A DNA stretch of 53,849 nucleotides from Octopus bimaculoides (GCF_001194135.2 NC_068981.1:181309921-181363769), one strand, 5' to 3'; positions 1 through 13,055 are shown, counted from the first letter of the stretch. Numbers and translations: made by a program. Notes: generated by a model from the letters alone, not told the origin.

Positions 1-66
<66 letters not shown>
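1..66. repeat. (TA)n(GA)n compound microsatellite; many more at 640-693, 16048-16077, 18190-18440, 23039-23086, 25939-25980, 30808-30899 and 39193-39252
   Basis: Direct inspection. Confidence 0.95.
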
Positions 67-72
<6 letters not shown>

Positions 73-645
73 TAATTTAATTAGGGTAAGGTGAATTTGA
101 AGTCTTACAGCCGTTTCTGGGATAACCCAAGTGATTGGTTAGCACATATATCAATGTGTGTGTGTGTGTACCTTTGTGTTTGTAGATGCCCTCCACACCC
201 TGCCAATCATTTGGCACTCAGTGTTGGTTTGCCTACGTTCCCATAACTAAGCAGTTTGGCAAAAGAGACTGATAAAATAGATACCAGTCTTTTAAAAGTA
301 CTGTGGATGATTTCTTCATTGAAAACGCTTCAATGTGGTGCTCTAGTATGGTCACAGTCCATTGGTTAAAACAAATAAAAGCTATACTATCAACCATCCA
401 CTGAATATTTGAAACAGCTGTAAATATCTATAACAGTTTATAAATGCATTCCTTATACCTATAATTGTCCATCATTCCTCTTTGATATTCGTTCGCGCTT
501 TGTCTTTCTTTTAGCCAATTTATCTGTTTCTGGAGTACTTTACCATGATTAAGAAGTTGGAGTTTAAGAATTCTATCTGAGTGCTAAATAGATGCTTGTC
601 TGCTCTACAATTGCACTAGCTCTTATCCAAAATATGTGTGTGTGA

Positions 646-693
<48 letters not shown>

Positions 694-1154
694 NNNNNNN
701 NNNNNNNNNNNNNNNNNNNNNNNNNNNNNNNNNNNNNNNNNNNNNNNNNNNNNNNNNNNNNNNNNNNNNNNNNNNNNNNNNNNNNNNNNNNNNNNNNNNN
801 NNNNNNNNNNNNNNNNNNNNNNNNNNNNNNNNNNNNNNNNNNNNNNNNNNNNNNNNNNNNNNNNNNNNNNNNNNNNNNNNNNNNNNNNNNNNNNNNNNNN
901 NNNNNNNNNNNNNNNNNNNNNNNNNNNNNNNNNNNNNNNNNNNNNNNNNNNNNNNNNNNNNNNNNNNNNNNNNNNNNNNNNNNNNNNNNNNNNNNNNNNN
1001 NNNNNNNNNNNNNNNNNNNNNNNNNNNNNNNNNNNNNNNNNNNNNNNNNNNNNNNNNNNNNNNNNNNNNNNNNNNNNNNNNNNNNNNNNNNNNNNNNNNN
1101 NNNNNNNNNNNNNNNNNNNNNNNNNNNNNNNNNNNNNNNNNNNNNNNNNNNNNN

Positions 1155-1189
<35 letters not shown>

Positions 1190-1329
1190 TTCACAAAAAT
1201 CTCGAACAGAAATATTTCATAGCTATTAAACAATCAACTAGTGAATAGGTACAGCTTAAAAGTCTCAATCGATATAGGCCTTTTAGGATTAGGGTGTCTT
1301 TTATCATTTTCCATTACTACATAATGTAA

Positions 1330-2730
1330 CCAGCTTAATTCAAAATGAATACGAAATTAAAAATAAAAAAGCAGCACCAACCAACATGATTACATGTAAA
1401 TAACATTAATTAGAACGCAGTAAGGTTACGCCAGGATAAATTGCAACACGCAATATAAACAACAAGGAGGTGGGAGTGCTACAAGATGTTACATGTTTTA
1501 ATTCAAATGTTTGATGTGAGTGCATCATTGCGAGATGGCTGAAACGTGGTTGTTGAACTTGCTAAATATAGCAGCCAAATTTTACTCATATCACAACGAA
1601 CCGTTTTAAAACCAGCAAATATATTATATTTGGCTAACAGAAAAAAAAAGAAAAAAGGACAGTGAAGCTGGTCTGCCTTTGATCGTAGGCCTGCTCGCTT
1701 GGGGATTATCAACAACTACTGACGTGTAAAAACAGTTCTCGATGCCACTCTAATAAAAACAATAAGGATAATGATTACTGCTATAAATAATAACGGTATT
1801 TTTAGAAAACCAGCATTACTTTAATTAAAATTATATCAAGTTCTAGAATTTACGTGACTATATCGATGTGTTGATTAGGCGAATGTGCGAATTTGGACTG
1901 TGCTTTATTCTAATAATTCGTATTAAAATGATGAAATGTTCGTTTAAAATGTATATCTATTTTCTATATGATTTATAGGCTGTATAACCGAGATATTAAG
2001 CCCTTCGAATGTCTTATGGCTCTTGGAACATTAACCCAATCACAGCAAATTTACAATTAAAAAGCAAGCGCACAAATAAAAACAAAGTAGTGTAAAAAGA
2101 TCATGTTGGCTTTCGCATTTGCTAATTTGTTTTTTCGTTTCCAAGTAAAGTTAAAGATCAAAGTAGCATTGCAACTTACCAATAGTAATTATACTGTATA
2201 TTAACGACTTTTAACAATAAAACAATTCAACATTGTTACAGATGATACCTCAGAATATTAAAATGGCGACACATTGGTCTTCACTGTGAACTAACCGGAA
2301 ATGTAATTCTTGAAGCAGACTGTATAACATGGACAAATTTTATTCAAAAATTAAAATAAAATAATATGAATAGTAATAATAAATAATTCCTTTAAAAGAT
2401 AATTTGAATTTTTTACTCTGCTTTAAAAATGCTACAAGATTATATCTTTTTTCTTCAAATGTAATAAGTGTGTCGCAGTGAAAGATGTTTGTCACAAAAA
2501 CATTGACGAAATTGGTTTATTTTTCAACTTTTGCAGATCTTCCTCGATAAATTTTTTCTTATTTTCCCTTTTTCTTTTAATGTTTAAATGATATTTTAAG
2601 CTATATAAAATACTGGCCTATTTTAATAGAATTTTATAGATATCTTGGTTTCCGTTTAGAATCTACGAATAAATAATTCCACTGCTTGCCGTCTGCTACT
2701 AAACAAGGGTTGTGGAAATTAAGGGAGAAC
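1330..2730. promoter_or_regulatory. CpG-retaining promoter-like region with YY1-type (AAAATGGCG, ~2260-2268) and ETS-type (ACCGGAAAT, ~2295-2303) motifs
   Basis: More than 20 CpGs in about 1 kb of AT-rich DNA, against scarce CpG in most non-repeat sequence of the window. The two housekeeping-promoter motifs lie about 35 bp apart. The direction and the target gene are unknown. Confidence 0.55.
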
Positions 2731-2899
2731 GTATAACAAAATCCATCAAATTCATAAAAATAGGATTTTAAAATTAAAATTTTGAGGAATGCAAATTGAC
2801 TGATTTTATTTTTCTTAATCATTTTTCAATTATTCTTCTATGGAGTTTTATATTTGTCTGAATTTACCAACTCCTGTAATTACGCTAATAATGAATTTG

Positions 2900-3350
2900 T
2901 TATTAGGTCTGGAGGAAAGAGCGATGCCAAAGTCTTTTAAAAGCCCATATTCTTTCTTTGCCCTAGTACTAGTGAGATTAATGTCATTAACGTTCTTCTT
3001 AAACTGTCTTAAGTCGATGATTACGGAGAAATAATTCTTGAGGGTTGATGTTTTCGGGAACAAAAGACTAGATGAAATGGATAGTACAGAGTGAGTTGTA
3101 CACAACATGGATGCTAAAAGGAGAAACGAGTGAGATAAGAGTGTCTGGGTGGAGGTAACAACAATCAGTTAGTACCGAGGAGCAAATGCCATTCTAGAAT
3201 TAATAGAAAGTATAGAAAAAGAAAAGAGTAAATCTGGAGGCCAGAGGTTGGAGTGTGTCCATGATAGACTTTATGCTGCTAGCTACATCCCAGATGTGAA
3301 AACTACTCGATGGTGGAGTACTGCTCTCACATCCGACTATTCGTTTTTAT
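2900..3350 (-). mobile_element. Degraded 3' end of a CR1/L2/Jockey-group LINE
   Basis: The peptide '...IDLRQFKKNVNDINL' matches the C-terminus of the copy at 40030-40970, and the two share the 3' UTR word ggtctggaggaa. Confidence 0.6.
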
Positions 3351-3515
3351 ATTTTACATATGTAATATGCGTAATGTCACAAATTTAGATGTACCTGATT
3401 TTCTAAACGACACACCTACCTATATTACTCTATGAAGTCACATCCAAATGCCCTATAAGATGAGGATTGATGCTGTGTGCATCTGGGTTCACCAAAGTAT
3501 GCATTTGAGCATGTG

Positions 3516-3640
3516 CAATAGCATAACTGGGAGAAGACAAGGAGCGGTTCGCCAAGGGGTGACACTTTTGTATCGAGGACTACATTATTTCTTAAACTCA
3601 TGAGCTGCCCCAGTTGGCACACCCTCTAGCTACGCCACTG
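3516..3640. mobile_element. Short old MITE-like element with degenerate CAGTGGCGTAGCT-type TIRs
   Basis: Right end ctagctacgccactg; left end caatagcataactgg differs only by transitions; no TSD seen. Confidence 0.35.
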
Positions 3641-4039
3641 GGTTTATTTATATGTTGTGCTTATTGAGAGGGAAGAGGGTAGTGTTTCTCAGGCATATAT
3701 ATATAATACATCTACGAAATGAAGGCGGACCGTCACCATATCCACTTCCCTTTTGGGTTTTTTTTCTTTTTTTTTTTGACGGTCCACCTTGTCCACCAAA
3801 ATAAACAGCGAGCAAAACTACTGAACAAAACATTTTAATCTGTTTGTCAGAATGAGCATGTATGTCTGTTTGTTCATTTTACGTCCATTTTCTCATACTA
3901 GCATGGGTTGGTGAAATACTTATCATAGCTGTGTTTTACAGATGGATTTCCTTCCTGTTGTTGACAAAGAATTTTTTTTTTATATCACTTGTCTTTGAAA
4001 GCTCTGAGTTAAAGGACAATTTGTCGAGAGACTGTTATA

Positions 4040-5150
4040 GTATCACTTTGGCAGCACCTGCTAAACAACAGCAGCAAAAATAAATATATTGATGCAGTGC
4101 TGAAAAGTGAAGTGAGCAATATTGTAAGAGTTGGCAGTGAGCTCCTCAAGAAGCACTCTCTTCCTGATTATCTCCTATACAGCCCCAAAACAGCTGGGCT
4201 CTCTTACCTCAGAGAAGACCTGGATGGGAAGTACTCAGCATACAAAGAAAAAAAAAGACTATGCATAGGTATGTTGCCCGGAAGCTTGAAGAAGACAGTA
4301 GAATTGACACAAAGCACAGCCCACTACATCACATTGCACTTTGAGGGTTATGCATTTGCAATCCAGGAACAGGAGATTTGCCACTAAGTACCTGATGAAT
4401 AAGAAAGATAGTGACACTCTTGTAATCCCAAGGTGCAACCACATGTGTAGGCTATGTCATGTTTCGGTAGAAGACATCACACATGTGATTAGCAGCTGTC
4501 CTAAAATGTTGTCATGGTACTACCTCCCTATGCGGCACGATGTTGTTGCTGAAACAATTTACAATGCCATCTCAAAAAAAGACTGTCCTGAAATAAACTT
4601 AGAAAATCCCTCTATTATGGAATATGTTCATAAACCCCAACTCAAGGAATACTGGTGGAATATCTCCATCAAAACTTCTGTCAAATGTAAACAGAACAGG
4701 CCAGATATTGTTGTTTGGGACAGAGGGGCAAAGGTATGTACCATCATAGAGGTCAGCTGCCCTGCAGATATAAATATCTCTTTGAAAATCAAAGAAAAAG
4801 AGGATGTCTATGGACAACTGCTTCAAAACCTCCAGCTTCTACATCTAGACTATGAATTCATATTCATACTAATAATAATTGGAGCACTAGGTTTTGTTAG
4901 TAAATGCTGAAAGGAGAATCTAGATAAACTGGTATTTTCAGAAAGAGAAATTGACCAGCTAATTCATACATTTCTGTGAGTGGAACAGTAAAAATATGCT
5001 AGACTTTTCTCAAGTTCCAAATGTGAATTTGTCTGTGTTAACAACATCTTAAAGATGGAGTCTTGTATCTTTGTTGGAAACCGGCTCCCTCCTCAATGGA
5101 AGATTTATAATAATTAACAAATAGAAGACATACATACATACATACATACA
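4040..5150 (+). mobile_element. 5'-truncated R4/Dong-like non-LTR retrotransposon (CCHC knuckle + restriction-like endonuclease) with (ACAT)n tail
   Basis: ORF 4341-4910 has CRLC..EDITHVISSC, RHD, RPDIVVWD..IIEVSCPAD and IIIGALG. There is a frameshift near 4380 at 'GYAFAIQEQEI', and an (acat)n tail at ~5129-5149. Confidence 0.88.
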
Positions 5151-5999
5151 GTTTTTATTTATCAATTATACACACCAAGTATTTGTTGGCCCAAGTTCAC
5201 AGCAGAAGACACTCACAGAAGGTACTACACAGTGAAGTAGAACCACATGGTTACAAAGCAAATTTTATATCCACACAACCATACATACACCTATGAGTAT
5301 GTGTGAGAATATTTTTGTTGACATACTTAGCAGTGTGTGTGTATGCTAGTTGTGATAGCAGTTCTAGACAAGTGAAAATTCAGCAGATGAAAATTTGAGA
5401 AGGTAACTGATGACTGTTACTATTGGTGGGTTGTATTAACAGCAATGAAAATGGTTTTAAAATATGGCACAAGGCTGGCAATTTTGAAGGGAGTGGGGTT
5501 AGTTGTTTGCATCAACCCCTGTACTTCCATGATATTTCATTTTTATCAATCCCAGACATACATGCACACAAATATACACATAGAGTAAGAGAATGAGAGA
5601 AAGGGGTTGACAGAAAGAGGTAGAGAACAAGAGATATATTAAAACGTCTGGTGTCAAAGAGTTAGTGTTGAATCAGTGAAGGAAAATACATAGTATCAAA
5701 GTGGCTGCTTGCCAAAATGTCTCATACCCTAGAAACAATGGGACTAAGCACTCAGCAACACAAGAATGATAGTAGTTCTCACTGTCTAACTGCTGCAGTG
5801 AATGACTATTCTCATCCCCATGTGCCTGAGGCACAACTTGTGTTGTGTCTTCAGGCTCTGTTCAGGATATATAAGGTTAGTGGGTTCTAGATTTTCTGTC
5901 TTGATTTATTGTTGTGGCTGATTTTGTTTGACTTCACTTCCTCACAGACACTATCAGGCAGGAAAGGTTTTAGCTCAGAGTTTCTGGCTCCTAGTCTGG

Positions 6000-6165
6000 T
6001 TGGAGGCCCAGCCTACTGAGTTATTTTACAGGGCTTAGAAAGACTGAAGGAGTGTTGCAAAAAGTGTGTGGATCTGAGAGGGGAATATGTTCAATAAAAT
6101 CATAATTAATTGACCCTCCTGTATTTTCTTCTGCCAAAAGCCAGGAACTTTTCAACACCCCCTCG
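6000..6165 (+). mobile_element. Mariner-like transposon 3' fragment
   Basis: Encodes GLERLKECCKKCVDLRGEYVQ*, a typical mariner C-terminus, followed by a TIR ending ...cccctcg|TA. Confidence 0.7.
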
Positions 6166-8409
6166 TATATATATTATATTCTTTTTTTTTTCAATATTAT
6201 CTAGGTAATAACCTTATAATGTACATTTAAAAGCTTCTATGCAGTCATCAGTTGCCATATACCATCATATAGCAGGGTTAAGCTGGATATACATGTGGTT
6301 ACTCCTTAAGCTGGATGTGTGTGTGTGTGGGGGGGGGGTGCTCTATTAAAATCATTCGCTAACTGTGGTGTGGTCATTATCGCTTGTCCTGTCAACAAAT
6401 TATCCACTCATTTCTTGTTTCCTTGTGAAATAAAAGATCCCTTACTTGAAAAACAGGTAAGAGTTAGCAACAGAAAGGGCATCAAACAGTAAAAAGAAAC
6501 ATCTTTAAGCCATGCATAGAAAAATGAAAGTAAAAATAAAAGAGCACAATGACGTGCTTTGATGGGAAAAGAATATAATATTGTTTATCAGTCAGCACAA
6601 TTGTTTAATCTTTTGTATGGTTCTTATCTGATGGATTAATGTGCAGATGAAAACATTTGTATTGTTTAAACAATTAGGTTTCATCCATATGAAATCCATT
6701 TAATTGATTGGTAGATTCACTCATTGACATACTTTAACCACAAGTTCTCACATATGTGCTTTCCTGTTTCACTCATTGCCACTTCTGTCTCTGCAAACTG
6801 GACATCATTTACATCAGCCTCACCCATCTGGGTGGGACTGCAAAGTTTGTGTGTACTTTCTCTTTATTTCTTGGACTAACTTACACCCCTTGGTCAAACA
6901 TTAATTATTAAATAGCATTATAGAAAGGGATATTGTATTCTAATTGGAATAAATATAGATGGGAATTGCTTTTTTTTTGTGCCACTCAAACAAATGGTAA
7001 ATATATGTCATTGATATATTTTTCACAGATCAATATTGCCTAATTGATTGAACTGTCTTATAATATATTTTCAAGGTTCTGCTTGCAGATGTTTAAATAC
7101 TACTGTCCAGTTTTTACAGGCTTGTAAAAACAGACAGTAATTGATGAATGGTGATGACATAAGTGGTGTTAAATAGAAAAGAAAAAAAAAACTTGGATGA
7201 CTATATAGGTTGAGTAAAGTTGTTTATTGTTAATCAGTTATGGTTGTTAAGCACCAGATTAATGCTGATCTAGCAAATTTGCAATCAAAACTTTTTCAGC
7301 CATATTCATCCAGTTTGAAGAAGTCTAATAGATTCATTGCTTGTCCTTAGGCTAGAGGCTAATGTATCATAGGATGCCACTGTTAGTGATTCATTTGCTC
7401 CCAAGAATTAAAACCTTAGTTTTCATGCCTATGTCTATTGTTTTCTGAATCTGCACTCAGAATTTATGAGTGTCACCTGTCAGATTTGCAACTCTCTTTG
7501 ATGAAAACTGAATTTGATTTAGATAGATAATCCAATGTCATTGTCAAAGGCCAACCTCTGACATTAGTACAGCTGTAATAGAAAAGCTTCCTCTTTCCCT
7601 TTTGAGATGTCAGACAGTTAAAATGGCAATTCTTTTTCTATCTGCACCTTTCAGAGAGTTAACATCTCTCTCTCTTTTCCTCGGTCATGCAAATAACTAA
7701 TTTGTCGTCAATGGCAAACCTCACTCAAGCTTTATATTCAATACCTTTCTCTTTCCACACAATTTAATAGTAAACTTCTACAACAGAGATTCTCTGTCAA
7801 ATCTGATTAACATTTGTATTTACTTCCAACTCTTTGCAGTTGTGAAAAATTTTGTAATGGTTGAATGAAATCTATAATGAGTATAAATCATCTTGCGTTA
7901 ATATCTTTGAAGGCATCTAGAAATTATTAACTTACTGGCAGTCTGGTGGTTACAATGATGACTGTTCCAGTTGATCCAATCAATGGAACAACCTGCTCCT
8001 GACATTACCATATATGCCAGAGTACAGGATGGAATTTGAGCTTTAAAAAAATCACCCCAAAACTAGTACATTTGCTGTGTATTATAGTAGGTGATTTACA
8101 ATATTTGGCTGCTTTTTGAAAAGAACTGGATGAATTTAAACAACCAAGACTGCAGAATTGTTACATACAAAGTTTCCTGATTGAAACATAGTTAAAATTT
8201 TATTGAAACACAAGAAAACAGAGACTTCAGGAGCCATTGGGGCAGCTATAACTCACCCAATACCTTTAGCTATAAAGCTTACACCTTCAGCACTGGAGCT
8301 GTTTTCCACTAAAACTTGGGGTAGTCTTATAAGCAAGTATAGCTCAAAACCTACTTTTTAAATGGAAATCTTGGGCGGGGGTGGGGGTGGGGGCCGTCTT
8401 GGTACACTC

Positions 8410-8682
8410 AGTCATTTTATATGTCAGCATATATGGTAACATGCAAGTGACTGACTACTCCACTGACATGTACTCTTAACATAGTTCTCAAGTAGACACA
8501 GTATGATACAGAATGCGACTAGGCTGGTTCTTTGAAATACAGGTACAACCCATTTTTCCTAACTGAGTGAATTGGAGCAATGCAAAATAAAGTGTCTTGC
8601 TCAAAGACACAACATGCTGGGAATCGAACTCATGACCTTATGATTGTGAGTTGAATACTTTAACCACTAAGCCACATGCCTT
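8410..8682 (-). mobile_element. Old tRNA-derived SINE
   Basis: The minus strand starts ggcatgtggcttagtggtta...gagttcgattccc (A/B boxes). The body resembles the copies at 17610-17975 and 52787-53166. Confidence 0.7.
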
Positions 8683-9148
8683 CTCATGAGAACTTGCAAT
8701 ACGCAGCCCTTCTTCAAACCCAGCCTTTTTCTCAACCAACCTTCTCAACTTGCAGCCATACCCAAACTTCCTATCAATTACAATTAAACTTACATATCCC
8801 TAAAACTGTGGCAGAGATTAAGGTTACTGCACCCATAGTCGAGCAAAATAAGGCATTAAAATACAGTGATCTGTTGAATGCCATGAGAATTGCCCCCAAA
8901 TATTTTAGAAGGGTACACCAATTTTCCTTGGGATGAGGCATAATTCAGGCAGAAGGCATGTCTCTACATTATTTATTTACTGATTCCCTTTCTTTTTTTT
9001 TTATTCTCCAATTTCCTATTGTTTACTTCATAAACCATGTTCTTTTTCGCTGAATTATTGTGTACCTTCAGTATGTATTATGTTAAAGTTACCAGATGTA
9101 GTGGTATAATTGTGATTGTTATTGGTAGAGTGTTTGAGAAAAGGCTGT

Positions 9149-9580
9149 CATCATCATCATCATCATCGTTTAACATCCGCTTTCCATGCTAGCATGGGTT
9201 GGACGATTTGACTGAGGACTGGTGAACTGGATGGCTGCACCAGGCTCCAATCTGATCTGGCAGAGTTTCTACAGCTGGATGCCCTTCCTAACGCCGACCA
9301 CTCCGAGAGTGTAGTGGGTGCTTTTACGTGCCACCAGCACGAGGGCCAGTCACACGGTACTGGCGATGGCCACGCTCAAAATGGTGTTTTTTATGTGCCA
9401 CCTGCACAGGAGCCAGTCCAGTGGCACTGGTAATGACCTCGCTTGAATGATTTTCTAATGTGCCACCGACACAAGTGCCAGTAAGGTAACGCTGGTAACA
9501 ATCACGTTCAAATGGTGCTATTTACGGGCCACTAGCACAGAAGCCAGACAGCTGCTCTGGCTATGATTATGCTCGGACAG
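9149..9580 (-). mobile_element. RTE-LINE 3' UTR fragment with (GAT)n tail
   Basis: catcat...cgtttaacatccgctttccatgctagcatgggttggacg; the same 3' end as the RT-bearing copy at 41890-43448. Confidence 0.85.
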
Positions 9581-10739
9581 TGCTAAGCTGTGTAAAGCTG
9601 AATGTCGCGCAGTTGGTAGTTTTGGGTTGCTTGAAAAGAATGACACAATAAATGTTCATATTTACAGCTATTACTTAACTGTTACAAGGTTTATCGCAAC
9701 TGCAATGAGATGGAAGTAGATTACAAATGTTCGTCTGCTAAGAGAGTATCTCTTGGTGTAGTTGTAGTAGGCTTACTGCTAAGTCATGTGGAAGAAGACT
9801 CTAAAATAAAGCTTGTACAAGGTTTGCCATTGACAAGTTAGATGTCAGCTTGTGACTGAGGAAAAGAGAATAAGAGAGAAATTGACTCTCTCTCTCTCTT
9901 TCTTTCTTTGTGAATGTATTTCTCTTTATGTGTATGAGAAGAGTGAAAGTGTTTATGTCATTTGTGTTCAATTAATTGAAGGTGAGGAACTGGGGAAGAA
10001 TAGGATCAGTGATGTCACGTGAACAACTGAGGGATCTTGTTGGAAAGACAGGAACAAGGGAGGTCATGTGAGTGGAAGCCTGACTAGCATGGGCCTCTTT
10101 TGCTTTGGGGCTGTCGCTCAGGATGGACATGGTGGCCATGTGAGTCCAGGGAATTTGCTATTAGGTTCTGGCCATAGCTATATCTCAGCTGGAAATGATC
10201 AAAGTTATAACAGGATCTGAGGGGTAGGTGAACTACCCTCTTTCCCTCATACCACATTAATAAATTGTAATATCTCTCTATTACTCTCTCTTTTTGTATG
10301 CGTATATCTCTGCACATACATGTGCACAAGTGAGTGTGTGAGTTTGCCACCAGTGCCAAAAATTATAGTTGCCAAAAACAAGCTGAATGTCCAGTCATCC
10401 ATGCCAAATCATGAGAGTCCAAACATCAGTGCCCAGTTGTCTCATTCAGATTTGGAAGACAGTTAATAGATATTTTATCTTTACATGAAAATAGGCCAAG
10501 CAATGATGCACATAGAAGTCCACTCAATTGATTCTATAGTTAGATATGGTTGTAAGAGAGTTTATTTAGAGTGTGATAGAAATACATTATTGATTATTTT
10601 TAACAATTTCGCATTTTCTGAATATAACATAGTGTCATTTAAAAATATATGCTTAAAATAAATCTTTTAACGAAGTTGCTCAAATAGAAATGAAGCTATA
10701 AATAACAGCTCATATATTTGGGGGAAAAAAACCACATTT

Positions 10740-10950
10740 ATTTTTATTTTTCACTTGTTTCAGTCAATTGACTGCTGGGGCGCAACCTTGAAAGGTTTTA
10801 GTTATGCAGATTGAACCTAGTACTTGTTTGGTAGCTATTCTGTTGGTTTCTGTTTGTCAAACTGCTAAGTTACAGGGATATAAACAAACCAACACTGGTT
10901 GTGAAGTAGTAGAGAGCAGAGGACAAACACTAACACAAATATTCACACAC
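10740..10950 (-). mobile_element. tRNA-head SINE family A, 3' half only
   Basis: cacttgtttcagtcaattgactgc... homologous to the 3' module of 46103-46501. Confidence 0.65.
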
Positions 10951-11415
10951 AGGTGCAGGCGTGGTTGTGTGGTAAGAAGCTTGCTTCCCAACTACATAGT
11001 TCTAGGTTCAGTCCCACTACGTGACACCTTGGGCAAGTGTCTTCTACCATAGCCTCAGGCTGTGAGTGGATTTGGCCAATGGAAACTGAAAGAAGCCCAT
11101 TGTATGAAGGGAGTGTCAATGGAAAAGAGAAATTGACAACCATCCAGACATCTGATTAGTATTTTTTCTTATATATAATGCCTGTACATCACCTCCAAAC
11201 CTTCCAATATATATACATATGCATATATATCTTTATGTGTGTGTTTATCTCCCCACCACTGCTTGACAACTGATGTTGGTATGTTTATGTCTCTGTAACT
11301 TAGTGGTTCAGCAAAAGAGACTGATAGTCCTGGGATTGATTTCTTTGACTAAAACCTTTTGAGGTAGTGCTCCAGCATGGTTGCAGTCAAATGACTGAAA
11401 CATGTAAAGGATAGA
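10951..11415 (+). mobile_element. tRNA-head SINE family A (interrupted at ~11100-11215)
   Basis: A-box-like gtggttgtgtgg and B-box-like ggttcagtcc, followed by the same body and 3' module as 11660-12068. Confidence 0.75.
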
Positions 11416-11659
11416 AGAATATACATACAATGGGCTTTTGTAGTTTTCATCTACCAAATTCATTCACAAGGCAATGGTCAGCCTGGGGCTTTGGGATATG
11501 AGACTTGCCCAAGGTGCCATGCAGTAGAACTGAGCCTGAAACCATATGGTTGCAAAGCAAGCTTCTTATGATGCTCATGATAAAAGAGGGGAATGGAACC
11601 ACATGTCTGCCACAGACCAGATGGCTTTGATACATCAATTTGAAAACATAATATTTATA

Positions 11660-12068
11660 GGCGCAGGAGTGGCTGTGTGGTAAGTAGCTGGCTTACCAAC
11701 CACATGGTTCCTGGTGCAGTCCCACTGCGTGGCACCTTGGGCTAGTGTCTTCTACTATAGCCTCGGGCCGACCAAAGCCTTGTGAGTGGATTTGGTAGAC
11801 GGAAACTGAAAGAAGCCCGTCGTATATATGTATATATATATATGTGTGTATATGTATGTGTGTCTGTGTTTGTCCCCCCCACCATCGCTTGACAACTGAT
11901 GTTGGTGTGTTTATGTCCCCGTAATCTAGCAGCTCAGCAAAAAGAGACCAATAGAATAAGTATTAGGCTTACAAAGAATAAGTCCTGGGGTCAATTAGCT
12001 CGACTAAAGGCGGTGCTCCAGCATGGCCGCAATCAAATGACTGAAACAAGTAAAAGAGTAAAGAGTAT
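11660..12068 (+). mobile_element. tRNA-head SINE family A, full length, with internal TA/TG microsatellite
   Basis: ggcgcaggagtggctgtgtgg head, (TA/TG)n hinge at ~11822-11865, and a 3' module ending in aaagagtaaaagag repeats. Confidence 0.88.
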
Positions 12069-12129
12069 AAAAAGATTAATTTTCAAATTTTTCAAAGCTT
12101 CGAAAAATGGTGTAAAAAACAAAATAATA

Positions 12130-12360
12130 TTGCTTTTATCATATACTTGTTTCAGTTATTGGACTGCAGCCATGCTGAGGCACTGCCTTGAAGGGTTTAG
12201 TTAAACAAATTGAGTTCAGTACTTAGATTTTAAGCTCAGTACTTATTGTATCAGTGTCTTTTGTTGAACCACTCAGTTACAGGGTTATAAACAAACCAAC
12301 ACTGGTTACTAAGCATGGGAGTGGGGAATTAACACAAAGACACACATATACTTCCATACA
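12130..12360 (-). mobile_element. SINE family A 3' half, degraded
   Basis: atacttgtttcagttattggactgcagccatgctg... homologous to the other family A copies. Confidence 0.65.
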
Positions 12361-12429
12361 TATATGAAGTGACTCTCTAAAGATGAGGTTGATATCAATT
12401 CATCTCAGATATTTTAATTGGTTAAACTA

Positions 12430-12800
12430 AAATTTGAACTCATGTAACTGTGTTCAGTAGGGTAGAATTTTGTGCCCACATGGCAAACCTTCATTCACCA
12501 ACGTACTACATCATTGGCTCATTAATGTGGTGTGTTTTCCCTGTCCTTCTTTTACTCCTTCACAGGTATTACAATGTCTCCTGGTGTTCCATACCAGTTG
12601 CACTACACAAGGCATCCATTTCTTTACCTCTTGTCATCTCGACTCTGTCTCAGCCCCAAAACCATACACTAAATGCTTTTCTCCAATCCTTGCACTGGAG
12701 AACTTTCTGGAACATCTACCTGACAACTCAGGTATTTCTGCAAGAATTAACTTGCAGAAACTCAAACTAAATACCAACCATATTGGCATCAACAGACTGA
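12430..12800 (+). mobile_element. Degraded CR1/L2/Jockey-group LINE 3' end
   Basis: The peptide 'KPYTKCFSP...INLQKLKLNTNHI' is weakly similar to the LINE C-terminus at 40024-40251. Confidence 0.4.
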
Positions 12801-12819
12801 GAGAAACTTCAAATGCTAT

Positions 12820-13055
12820 CATCATCATAATTTAATGTTTACTTTTCCATGCTTGCATGGGTCAGACGGAATTTGTCGAAGCAGATTTTTCTACAACCAG
12901 ATGTTCTTCATGCTGCCAATCCTCACCTGTTTCCAAGCAAAGTAATATTTTAGCCAGGTATGTTTTTCATGGAAGACTGGAAACAAACAACCTCACTTGT
13001 ATGATGGAGATGCTTGTTTACACCCATCAAATGATGTCAAGACAAGAGTACATAA
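12820..13055 (-). mobile_element. RTE-tailed SINE 3' module (same as in the composites at 36463 and 39258)
   Basis: catcat...ttttccatgcttgcatgggtcagacggaatttgt...gatgtcaagacaag. Confidence 0.7.

Noticed and set aside
616-1248. Long ORFs spanning N runs (also 13681-13968, 15569-16094, 33485-34002, 42059-43372, 45005-45497)
   Set aside because: They stay open only because N codons and (TA)n microsatellites contain no stops; they are not genes.
2263-2289. ATG in strong context (aaaATGGCG)
   Set aside because: It closes after 8 codons with no donor site; better read as a YY1-like motif.
11660-11735. tRNA-like heads (also 53090-53166)
   Set aside because: They are attached to multi-copy SINE bodies and tails, have no complete cloverleaf, and are not tRNA genes.
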